Below, one piece after another: positions 38,156 through 45,975 of a stretch of 47,961 nt of DNA. Position numbers and translations under genes: made by a program. Every line of letters begins with the position of its first letter. The first letter of the stretch is position 1. The notes below the pieces were generated by a model. That model was given only the letters and a program-made list of their open reading frames with translations. It searched no databases and was not told the DNA's origin. Source of the stretch: a virus (taxonomy: Duplodnaviria > Caudoviricetes); IMG/VR virus record IMGVR_UViG_3300036945_000667, positions 1-47,961 of that record; one strand, written 5' to 3'.

Positions 38156-39946
38156 TTAGGCAATCAGTGTTCCAAATACGGTAATGGTTGAGTCGTTAGC
38201 TGGTGTTACCAATAGCTGAACATTTGTTCCTGAAATTCCTGCGGTAATGGTAGACATTGATCCATTTGTTCCAACTACAGCATACTCAGACATTGCAATG
38301 TTATCAGAGGTGTCTAGAGTTAGCAACACTTCAGAAACTTCTGTGTGAGTTCCCTGGGCAACCTTAATCAAGAACTTTGCTGTTCTGTATGTAGCCTTTG
38401 GCCACTCATAAGCAAGGGTTGAGAAGGTTCCGAATCCAGTGGTAGTTGCAGCAATTTGCTTTGCTACAGAATTAACCTCTACCTCTGTGAAGTTAGGAAC
38501 TACTGCTTCCAAAGCATCTACTGCACGAGTATCTGTAAAGTATAGGTTAGTTGAACCTTCTTCAATAGCATCTGTGTCTAGTGCATCAATTGCTGCAGTG
38601 ACTGCCCCTGCTGGCTCATAGTTGCTAGCAAGACCATCTGCATAACCTACAGCATTGTTATAGGCTGTTGTTGCAGCTCCTGCTTCATCGTACCAAGTAT
38701 CAACAGTTGTGCGGTCTACAGAAACTTCTAGACCAGATACTGCGATACCAGATCCTGCTGTTACAGTGCCACCACCAGAGAACTGTGTCCAGTTTTGTCC
38801 ATCAAATCCTGATAGATAGTGGTTGTTCTGTACCCAAGAAGTTCCACCATACTGGGTTCCTTCAAGGATGAAGATTGCTGCACCAACAAGTTCTGCTGCT
38901 GCATCTGCATCTGCAGGACGAGTCAGAGTATAGGTAGTTCCATTATCTGCATAGACATAAATACCATTTTCTGAATCAGTAGTTTGTCCAGTAAGAACAA
39001 TTCTGTAAGTGTCTGTTTCCTCAAGTGCTGAGTGACCATCAATTACTAGAGTTCCTGTTGATCCAGTTAGTGCAACGTTGGAGTCAGCAAATAGGTTTGC
39101 AGACTCTTTCCAGGTTAGACCAGAAACAGCATTATCTACATATGAGTTAGTGGCTACTTGGTTTCCTGCTGAAGCTGATGTTACGTACACTGCACCATTT
39201 GCATCAAGTACGATATTTCCAGTATTTGCGGTAACTGTTACATCGTTTTGTGCAGTTAGGTGTAGGTTAGCTGTATAAGCCTTAACTTCCATATCCTCAG
39301 ATACGTCGTTAATCTTAATGCCACCATCATTAGCCTGAGTTGAAGGATTAGTGAAGTAAAGCTCATCATTGATAGTCTTGTTAGTAAGAACCTGAGCATC
39401 TGTTGTACCAACGATATCTCCAGTTACACCGTGAGTAGATGTATCTGAAATGTGTGTGGTTAGATCTCCTGCTACCGCTGAGGCTGCACCAAATGCGTCA
39501 TAGGTGTCTGCTGTTACAGCAATCTCTCCAGTAGTAGAGTTATAGGTAATTCCAGTACCGCCAGAAAGTGCATTACGTGCATCTGTATCTGTATATGTTA
39601 CTGCACCTGTAAGGCTGATAGCGTTGTTATTGTCGTTATAGTCTACAGTAATGTTTGTGTGAGTTCCGTTTGCAAGAGCCTGGGCCACTGCATCCTGAGC
39701 ACGCTCATCAGTAAAGTATACATTTGTAGAACCTTCTTGAAGGTCGTCAGTTGTTGAATCAGCAATGCCATTTTCAGCTACAAAGTCTACTACCTTTGTT
39801 GTTGGGTTATAGGTTACTGAGATGTTTGTTTGAGTACCGCCAGTGATAGCGTCCTCTGTAATAATATCTGATCCGTTGATTGTACCGTTTGCACCTTCAA
39901 CGACCAGTCCAGACTTAATTCTAAAGTCTTTAGTTACTGTTGCCAT
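38156..39946 (-). CDS. Long acidic fibre protein (596 aa)
   Basis: Two EGSTN(V/L)YFTDxRA repeats; YVDNAVSGLTWKES...RIVLTGQT...ENGIYV fibre domain; strong SD AAGGAG. Confidence 0.8.
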   Translation of the reverse strand: MATVTKDFRIKSGLVVEGANGTINGSDIITEDAITGGTQTNISVTYNPTTKVVDFVAENGIADSTTDDLQEGSTNVYFTDERAQDAVAQALANGTHTNITVDYNDNNNAISLTGAVTYTDTDARNALSGGTGITYNSTTGEIAVTADTYDAFGAASAVAGDLTTHISDTSTHGVTGDIVGTTDAQVLTNKTINDELYFTNPSTQANDGGIKINDVSEDMEVKAYTANLHLTAQNDVTVTANTGNIVLDANGAVYVTSASAGNQVATNSYVDNAVSGLTWKESANLFADSNVALTGSTGTLVIDGHSALEETDTYRIVLTGQTTDSENGIYVYADNGTTYTLTRPADADAAAELVGAAIFILEGTQYGGTSWVQNNHYLSGFDGQNWTQFSGGGTVTAGSGIAVSGLEVSVDRTTVDTWYDEAGAATTAYNNAVGYADGLASNYEPAGAVTAAIDALDTDAIEEGSTNLYFTDTRAVDALEAVVPNFTEVEVNSVAKQIAATTTGFGTFSTLAYEWPKATYRTAKFLIKVAQGTHTEVSEVLLTLDTSDNIAMSEYAVVGTNGSMSTITAGISGTNVQLLVTPANDSTITVFGTLIA

Positions 39947-39964
39947 GGGTTATATCTCCTTATA

Positions 39965-40411
39965 TTATGCCTTGAGGCCAACACGAGCAAATCGTGCTGT
40001 CACAGGCTTAACCGCAGGATTGGGGATAACGCTTAAAGTAATTGTATTCCCACTCCTTGAGACATCAACGGTTCCAATATCCCCATCATTGTCTATCACT
40101 CCATACTCACTGATGTTTACATTTTCACCATCAATAAGCATTGAGAATTCTGTGGCATAAAACTTGTTATCAGTTCCGTCATTTTTTGATAGAGAAACCA
40201 TGTATTTCACTAGTCGCCATTGCGTAGCATCTAGTGTTTCTAGCACGGTAGGGTTTTCAATACCATAAACGGTGTGATCATTATTTCCACCAGTACCAAG
40301 CTCTGTAGACTGAGAAGCTAGAGTATCAATTAGGTCAACGTAATCTTGACCATTAGGTTTGTCTCCAGTTTCAAATCTGGTTTTTACTTGGTTTAGTGAA
40401 AGTTTAGCCAT
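39965..40411 (-). CDS. Small virion protein/fibre adaptor
   Basis: N-terminal VKTRFETGDKPNGQDYVDLIDT; C-terminal domain homologous to the end of the 596-aa fibre. Confidence 0.65.
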   Translation of the reverse strand: MAKLSLNQVKTRFETGDKPNGQDYVDLIDTLASQSTELGTGGNNDHTVYGIENPTVLETLDATQWRLVKYMVSLSKNDGTDNKFYATEFSMLIDGENVNISEYGVIDNDGDIGTVDVSRSGNTITLSVIPNPAVKPVTARFARVGLKA

Positions 40412-40417
40412 AAGCTA

Positions 40418-40426
40418 ATTATACCA
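40418..40426 (-). promoter_or_regulatory. Extended -10 motif TGGTATAAT, leaderless position
   Basis: 6 nt before ATG 40411, no SD. Confidence 0.7.
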
Positions 40427-40432
40427 GAATTA

Positions 40433-41089
40433 TTAGTGATATTTCTTTCGTGACCAGAAGTGTTTCTTATAATAGCCAAATGGTGGATTATGCATGGTAT
40501 AGGCTTCAGCAGGTATCTTCATCTGATCGTTCTCATCATAATCAGTTTCCCAGTTTTCTCTCTTAAAGGGTATGGCTTGAGCAATAACCGTTCCAGCTGG
40601 AATGATGCCAGAAAAATCTTTTTTCATAAAGAATGGAAAATTAATCTCTACTGGAAACTTGTCAGTATCTACTATTCCACTTAGTGTATAGAATGGTAGG
40701 TCCAACCTATTAAGTGGATGTGTGAACAGTGTGCTATATCCTTTTGGGGTGTTTATTAAGAAGAAGTTCATCCACTTATATGGTGTTGACTCATAGTCAC
40801 TTGATATTGGGATTCCTTCAATCTGCTCAGAAAAGTGCTTAGATACCATTTCAAGTTTTCCAACTTGCTGAAATTCATCGGAGTCATAGTAGACATCTGC
40901 AGTTGTGACAATGCTGTATCCAGCCATCATGGCATCTAGGAATGGAACGCACTTCTTAATGGTTTCGTGCCCACTCTTAACACCATCAATTTCCCTGTAC
41001 CAGTCTGGCATTGTCTTGTATGATGGTCTTGGCTGTGAAATCTGCAGACCGATATCTCTAGATCTAAACTTTATCTTTTTAGCTCTCAA
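40433..41089 (-). CDS. dUTPase-fold-like protein of unknown function, paralogue B
   Basis: KKCVPFLDAMMAGY, THPLNR, SGIVDTDK, IPAGTVIAQAIP; TTG start. Confidence 0.6.
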   Translation of the reverse strand: MRAKKIKFRSRDIGLQISQPRPSYKTMPDWYREIDGVKSGHETIKKCVPFLDAMMAGYSIVTTADVYYDSDEFQQVGKLEMVSKHFSEQIEGIPISSDYESTPYKWMNFFLINTPKGYSTLFTHPLNRLDLPFYTLSGIVDTDKFPVEINFPFFMKKDFSGIIPAGTVIAQAIPFKRENWETDYDENDQMKIPAEAYTMHNPPFGYYKKHFWSRKKYH

Positions 41090-41471
41090 CTGAATCCCCC
41101 ACCTTATTGATCACGTGTTTCTCTGCAAAACTGTTATCAGAATATACCATTCCCTTTTTAACAATTGTAGTTGTTGGGTCAAACTCTACTAGCTTTGTCT
41201 TCTTGGATAGCATCAGCTTGGCTGTGTCATCATTAAGTCTTATCATTTCTACAACTTCATTATTTGAAAGTATGGCCAAGTATTTTAGGGGTAGTTGTGC
41301 CAAAACGTCCTCTTTGGCTACAAAAGCTGCTTTATCAACATAGAATGATTCTTTAGCTCTCTTTAACTTAAAAAACTTTTCTTGAAGAATTCCGAACAAG
41401 AGACTTCTGATGCTTGGCTTGTGCTGGTAGATTAGATCTCCATATATGTCAAGTTCTTTTTTAGTTGGCAT
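41079..41471 (-). CDS. Hypothetical protein, possibly fibre chaperone-like
   Basis: YLAILSNNEVVEMI...VKKGMVYSDNSF C-terminal pattern; sits between the two paralogues. Confidence 0.6.
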   Translation of the reverse strand: MPTKKELDIYGDLIYQHKPSIRSLLFGILQEKFFKLKRAKESFYVDKAAFVAKEDVLAQLPLKYLAILSNNEVVEMIRLNDDTAKLMLSKKTKLVEFDPTTTIVKKGMVYSDNSFAEKHVINKVGDSVES

Positions 41472-41472
41472 A

Positions 41473-42162
41473 TTAGTTATAATCCTTTCTTACCCAAAAC
41501 AGCTTCTTGTAGCTCTTGCCTGGTGTCCTAACTGTGTTACCCTGAAGTAGTTCAAGATAAGCAATTCCCTGATCATTATAAATAGACTTCCAGCTAGAAC
41601 GTTTGATTGGTATCAGCTGTGCAAATGGTGTACCTGCTGGTATCATTCCTACAAAGTCTTCTCTTATAAAGAATGGTAGGTTTCCACTTGTTGAAAATTT
41701 ATCAGCATCTATGATCCCTGAAGTTATTGTCCATGGTAGATCGTGTCTATTGAATGGATGGGTAATTAACAAACTCCATCCTCTTGGAGTCTTAAATCCC
41801 CAGTTCCCCTTAAAAGCTAAGTGATTTGGATAATGACCAGCTGGTCTAGGCATCTTTTCACCCAGCTCTTTTGATCTTTCTGCTATGAAACCACCAAATG
41901 CTTCTGAGGAGTTCCAGCCAATTTTTAAACTTCCATCATCATTTTTTGACACGAATATATCTACTGGACTTACTAAGAAATATCCGCTAATAAGTGCATC
42001 CAAGAAAGGAATGCATTTTTTGAGACCTGGTCCATCTTCTTCATCTATAACAATTGATGCCTCTGACTCTTTGTACCAAGTAGGCAATAGCTTTTTAGCC
42101 ATTACTGGCTTTCCTAGCTCTCCAAACTCTTTTCCTGTAAAAAATCTAATTAGTTTCATCAT
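41473..42162 (-). CDS. dUTPase-fold-like protein of unknown function, paralogue A
   Basis: KKCIPFLDALISGY, THPFNR, SGIIDADK, IPAGTPFAQLIP. Confidence 0.6.
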   Translation of the reverse strand: MMKLIRFFTGKEFGELGKPVMAKKLLPTWYKESEASIVIDEEDGPGLKKCIPFLDALISGYFLVSPVDIFVSKNDDGSLKIGWNSSEAFGGFIAERSKELGEKMPRPAGHYPNHLAFKGNWGFKTPRGWSLLITHPFNRHDLPWTITSGIIDADKFSTSGNLPFFIREDFVGMIPAGTPFAQLIPIKRSSWKSIYNDQGIAYLELLQGNTVRTPGKSYKKLFWVRKDYN

Positions 42163-42182
42163 ACCTCGTTCGTTTATTTTTT

Positions 42183-43745
42183 TTAAGATCTTTCGATTGT
42201 TACATCTGATCCAATTATATCACTTTGCTGATAAGCAGATGGAGAAATTGATATTCCATAAGTAGTGTTTATAGATGCTCCAGTGGCAGTATATACAAGA
42301 TCAGAGCCAATTTGGCTTACAAGGTTTGCATCAGAATAGGCTTTTGCAGTTATGATATTTCCTTCAGTATTGACCAGAATAGACTTTATCGTTTGAGATG
42401 TAGACACTATCAATGAGGATATTGTGCTAACGTTATTGCTGACTGACTGCCTAACCTTTAGTATTGCTTGATAAGCATATGTGTCTGGCTGAATCTGAGA
42501 TGAGTATGGTATTGCTGAGGTATAGATTGATGATGATGTATACGACTGATCTCCTGCAGTATAAGCAATGTTTGAAGAGTATGCAGTTAATCCAGAATAG
42601 GCTATTGCACTTGTGTATGGGGTAACAGAGTTGTAGCTCAATGCTGAAGTGTATGTTGGTGCACCAGATGTATAGAAGTCAAACTGTGTATAGCTTGTTC
42701 CAGATGTATACGATGTTCCTGTGGTATAGGCACCCTGTTCTGACCAGTAGTTTGTGCCTGAAGTATAGTTAGTTCCAACTGCCCAGTAGTTATTGCTAGA
42801 GTATGGAGTTGTTCCTGCATTGTATGTTGCTGCTGAGGTGGTTGCACCAGCAGCAGAGCTATAGTTTGTAGCGTTTTTACCATATAGGTTTGTAGAACTA
42901 AAAAATCTAGGTCCTGCCGTATACCTAGTTCCAGACCTAGTATAGTTTGCAGCACTAATCGTATAGTTTGTAGCATTTACACCATAGTTACCGCCTGCAG
43001 AGGTGTATTTTGTTGCAGCGGCATTGTAAGTTTTAGTTGATGTATACGGAGTTGTTCCAGCAGTATACCCAACAGAAGAAAGATAGTTAAAGTTTGCAGT
43101 TGTATATGGGGTTCCTGTTGTATACAAAAGTGAAGATGTGTAGTTGGTTGAAGTTGTATATGGTGTACTTGACCAATATCCACTTCCACCAAAAGTATAT
43201 GTAGTTGGGCCAGCGGTATATGCAGATACAGCAGACGAATACTGCAATCCTCCAGAAGTGTACGATGTTGCACCAGCAGTGTATGTTGTTGGTCCAATGG
43301 TGTATGTTGGAGATGCTGCTGTATAAACAATTACACTTGAGGTATAGTTTGGGGCAGTTGCAGTGTAGTTTGAGGAACCTGAAGTATATGTTGTTGGTCC
43401 AGGAATGGTGTTGAAGGATGACTCTATGCCAACCATCCACCAGTCAGTACTGGATTGTACCCACAAGGCTGCTGCTGCACCATTCTCTGTATTCTTTATG
43501 GTGATTGTGTTGTCTGTCGTTGGCATAGTTACCGTTGACATTGGGTAGTCTGATCCTGCAGACACTTCTGTTGGGGTTGTCGTTGCTCTAGCTTTACCAG
43601 AAATGATCTGAATAATTCCAGATACTGAAGTCCACTTGCTGCCATCAGTTGCAGTCCCCAAAGATCCAGATGTATTAGATCTTGAACTGAACACATCCGT
43701 AAACTTTTTTCTTACGGATGATAGTGATGACCAAAAGTCAAACAT
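42183..43745 (-). CDS. Lectin-like beta protein interrupted by about 46 Tyr-Thr-Ser/Ala repeats
   Basis: Non-repetitive beta-rich N- (about 119 aa) and C- (about 100 aa) parts flank roughly 300 aa of 6-7-residue Y-T-(S/A) units. Confidence 0.85.
   Translation of the reverse strand: MFDFWSSLSSVRKKFTDVFSSRSNTSGSLGTATDGSKWTSVSGIIQIISGKARATTTPTEVSAGSDYPMSTVTMPTTDNTITIKNTENGAAAALWVQSSTDWWMVGIESSFNTIPGPTTYTSGSSNYTATAPNYTSSVIVYTAASPTYTIGPTTYTAGATSYTSGGLQYSSAVSAYTAGPTTYTFGGSGYWSSTPYTTSTNYTSSLLYTTGTPYTTANFNYLSSVGYTAGTTPYTSTKTYNAAATKYTSAGGNYGVNATNYTISAANYTRSGTRYTAGPRFFSSTNLYGKNATNYSSAAGATTSAATYNAGTTPYSSNNYWAVGTNYTSGTNYWSEQGAYTTGTSYTSGTSYTQFDFYTSGAPTYTSALSYNSVTPYTSAIAYSGLTAYSSNIAYTAGDQSYTSSSIYTSAIPYSSQIQPDTYAYQAILKVRQSVSNNVSTISSLIVSTSQTIKSILVNTEGNIITAKAYSDANLVSQIGSDLVYTATGASINTTYGISISPSAYQQSDIIGSDVTIERS
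42490..43388 (-). repeat. Degenerate 18/21-bp coding repeat array (YT[S/A]xxx[x])
   Basis: About 46 units counted by hand, e.g. YTSGSSN YTATAPN YTAGPTT ... YTSAIA YSSNIA YTSAIP. Confidence 0.92.
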
Positions 43746-43773
43746 AAACCCTTATCTTTCATAATAATGATAC

Positions 43774-44853
43774 TTATGTAATTATATCATTCTTTGACTG
43801 TTTATCTTGGTTGTAATAGGCGAGATTGACTATAAGCCTGTCATTTGTTGGGTCTATCTGTATTGCATTTTTAATGTGTAGGATGGCATCGTCAACGTTA
43901 CCCAAATTGTAGGCTGATATGGATGCTAGGTCGTGTGGCAAAGATCCCCAAGCAAATTCCTCACAAAGATAGTCAAGTGGTTTCTCAGCTATCTTCAGGG
44001 CATCAATAGCGAACTCATAGCAGTCTGTCCAGTTCTTGTTTTCATACATCATCTGTGCCATCTCTACGATTGCCTCACGCCTGCCTGGAGACAGGGCTAT
44101 TGCCTTATGTAGGTAATCAAATGCGTTCTCTGGTTCGCACTTAGCCAGATATCTGTAAGACGATGTCCTCTCTGCTGCCCAAGTTGAGGTTGGCATTTCT
44201 AGATGACGCTTGAAGTATACAGCAGCTTCTTGGTACTTGCCATAAAAGAATAGCTCTCTAGCATAATAGTAAATATTTCTATCGCTGTGCGGATCTTCTT
44301 GAACTGACATTGCTAGTAATGGAAGATACTGAGACCTACTCTTTGTTGGGTCTGGGTGATGGTGCGTTTCAAGTCCATCAATGAAGTTTGTTATTTCTGT
44401 TATTCCGTATGAGAACAAAGTTTCATGTACTGGGTGCTTCCATCTGTACCCCTTGCGTGCGTGAATGTGATCGTAGGCAAACTCTAGACCTGGTGTGCCA
44501 TCTTCTTTCCATGACCAGATGTGCTTATACTTAGGACGAGTGATTCCAGACTTAAGTGCTTTTTCAAGTGGCTCTCTCCATCCTGGGGTAATTATCTCAT
44601 CCATGTCAAGAGAAATGCAGTAGTCAATGTCAAGTGGTAGCTGTGCCATCGCAGCATTCCTAGCATCGTCAAAACGCCAAGGGCTGATAGAAACTGACAC
44701 AACATTGATGCCAAGTGATTTTGCTAACTCAACTGTCTTATCAGTTGATCCTGTATCTGCTATTAATAGATAGTCTGCTTCTTTAGCTGACTCATACCAA
44801 CGCTCTACAAACTGTTCTTCATTTAAAGCAATTGTGTAAATTGCTACTCTCAT
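43774..44853 (-). CDS. Glycosyltransferase family 2 with C-terminal TPR repeats
   Basis: YTIALNEE, IADTGSTDKT, FDDARN, DxD in SLDMDE, WKHPVHE, followed by TPR helices (YYYARELFFYGKYQEA, AIQIDPTNDRL). Confidence 0.92.
   Translation of the reverse strand: MRVAIYTIALNEEQFVERWYESAKEADYLLIADTGSTDKTVELAKSLGINVVSVSISPWRFDDARNAAMAQLPLDIDYCISLDMDEIITPGWREPLEKALKSGITRPKYKHIWSWKEDGTPGLEFAYDHIHARKGYRWKHPVHETLFSYGITEITNFIDGLETHHHPDPTKSRSQYLPLLAMSVQEDPHSDRNIYYYARELFFYGKYQEAAVYFKRHLEMPTSTWAAERTSSYRYLAKCEPENAFDYLHKAIALSPGRREAIVEMAQMMYENKNWTDCYEFAIDALKIAEKPLDYLCEEFAWGSLPHDLASISAYNLGNVDDAILHIKNAIQIDPTNDRLIVNLAYYNQDKQSKNDIIT
43781..43789 (-). promoter_or_regulatory. Extended -10 motif TGATATAAT
   Basis: Within the last codons of the glycosyltransferase, upstream of the repeat gene. 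Confidence 0.55.
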
Positions 44854-44879
44854 ATACCCTGCCTTTTGCTGTTTATTAT

Positions 44880-44888
44880 ATTATAGCA
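44880..44888 (-). promoter_or_regulatory. Extended -10 motif TGCTATAAT
   Basis: Immediately after the collagen gene stop, upstream of the glycosyltransferase. Confidence 0.6.
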
Positions 44889-45974
44889 TTAAGCAAGGTC
44901 GCCGTTTAGGACCCATGAATCTGTAGCACGCTTGATCAGAGTTGCTGATGACCACTGAGCACGTAATGATGCAGTTGGAGTTGCGTTTAGTGTTACTCCA
45001 GAATCTCCAACTACAGAAACTGTGTTTGGTCCAGATCCAGTCTTAAGAATAGTTATTGTTGAGCCAACTGGGAAGGCCACTGAAGTATTTGTTGGAACTG
45101 TTACGGTAACACTAGAAGTGCTACTAAACTCAACAAGGTTGTTTTTGTCTGCTAATGCCAAGGTGTATGATGTTCCAGATTGCTGAGATATACTAACAAT
45201 GTTTGGCGAGTCTGCACCTGTAGGACCTGTAGCTCCAAGCTGACCAGAAATGCTTAGTGGCATTGGACTTGTAATGCTAGACAGAGTTCCACCAGTATTA
45301 TCATTTGAAATAGTTATGTCAATGGATGTTCCAGTTATAGAAAACACAATTCCATCTGCATAGATCAAAGGGTTTGATGGAGACACAATTCTAACTGGAG
45401 ATCCAACCACCAGTGCGTCAACCTTGTTTACCGTTCCAGAAGCCGTAGAAGAGGCATAGGAGCTAAGAGTAAAGGTTATGCCAGCATATCCTAGTCCAGC
45501 TGTTCCAGTGGCTCCAGTTGGCCCTGTAGGTCCTGTAGGACCAGCAATAGTAGAATCATCACCACGAAGACCTTGAGGGCCAGTTGGTCCAGTTGGTCCT
45601 TGAATTGGTCCAATGTTGTCCCATTCTGAATTTGTTGCGTCCCAAACCCAGATATCTCCAGCAACCATATAAGCATCTCCTGCAGAATTGCCTGTTGATG
45701 GAAGCAATCCAGTATTTGCTAAGGTTCCAAGTATGGTAATTCCAGAGCCATCCAAACCTGCAGGTCCTGTTGGTCCTGTTGGACCAGAAAATCCGACTGC
45801 TCCTGTTGGGCCTGTTGGGCCTGGAGCAGTAGATACTGGTCCTGTTGGTCCTGCAGGACCTGAAGATATGGCACCAAAGATTTCCCAAACAACTCCAGTC
45901 CAAATCCAGGCTTTACCTGAGATTATGAACTTGTCTCCAACGGATGGGGAATCTGGAAAATCTAATGCTGTCAT
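44889..45974 (-). CDS. Collagen-like fibre protein
   Basis: Three Gly-X-Y tracts rich in GPT; N-terminal LDFPDSPSVGD...WIWTGVVW module; C-terminal YTLALAD...WVLNGDLA domain. Confidence 0.9.
   Translation of the reverse strand: MTALDFPDSPSVGDKFIISGKAWIWTGVVWEIFGAISSGPAGPTGPVSTAPGPTGPTGAVGFSGPTGPTGPAGLDGSGITILGTLANTGLLPSTGNSAGDAYMVAGDIWVWDATNSEWDNIGPIQGPTGPTGPQGLRGDDSTIAGPTGPTGPTGATGTAGLGYAGITFTLSSYASSTASGTVNKVDALVVGSPVRIVSPSNPLIYADGIVFSITGTSIDITISNDNTGGTLSSITSPMPLSISGQLGATGPTGADSPNIVSISQQSGTSYTLALADKNNLVEFSSTSSVTVTVPTNTSVAFPVGSTITILKTGSGPNTVSVVGDSGVTLNATPTASLRAQWSSATLIKRATDSWVLNGDLA
45210..45862 (-). repeat. Gly-Pro-Thr collagen tracts (about 45750-45862, 45490-45610, 45210-45250)
   Basis: GPTGPTGAVGFSGPTGPTGPAG; GPTGPTGPQGLRG; GPTGPTGPTGATG. 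Confidence 0.9.
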
Positions 45975-45975
45975 A

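Noticed and set aside
39944-39962. TAAGGAGATATAACCCATG resembles the T7 gene 10/pET ribosome-binding site
   Set aside because: The match is short, with no other vector sequence and native gene context on both sides; it is just a strong SD.
42490-43388. CRISPR array or InaZ-type ice-nucleation repeat
   Set aside because: The repeats are degenerate at DNA level, in-frame and have no spacers. The 6-7 aa period does not match the 8/16-residue AGYGSTxT repeat. Ice binding remains untested.
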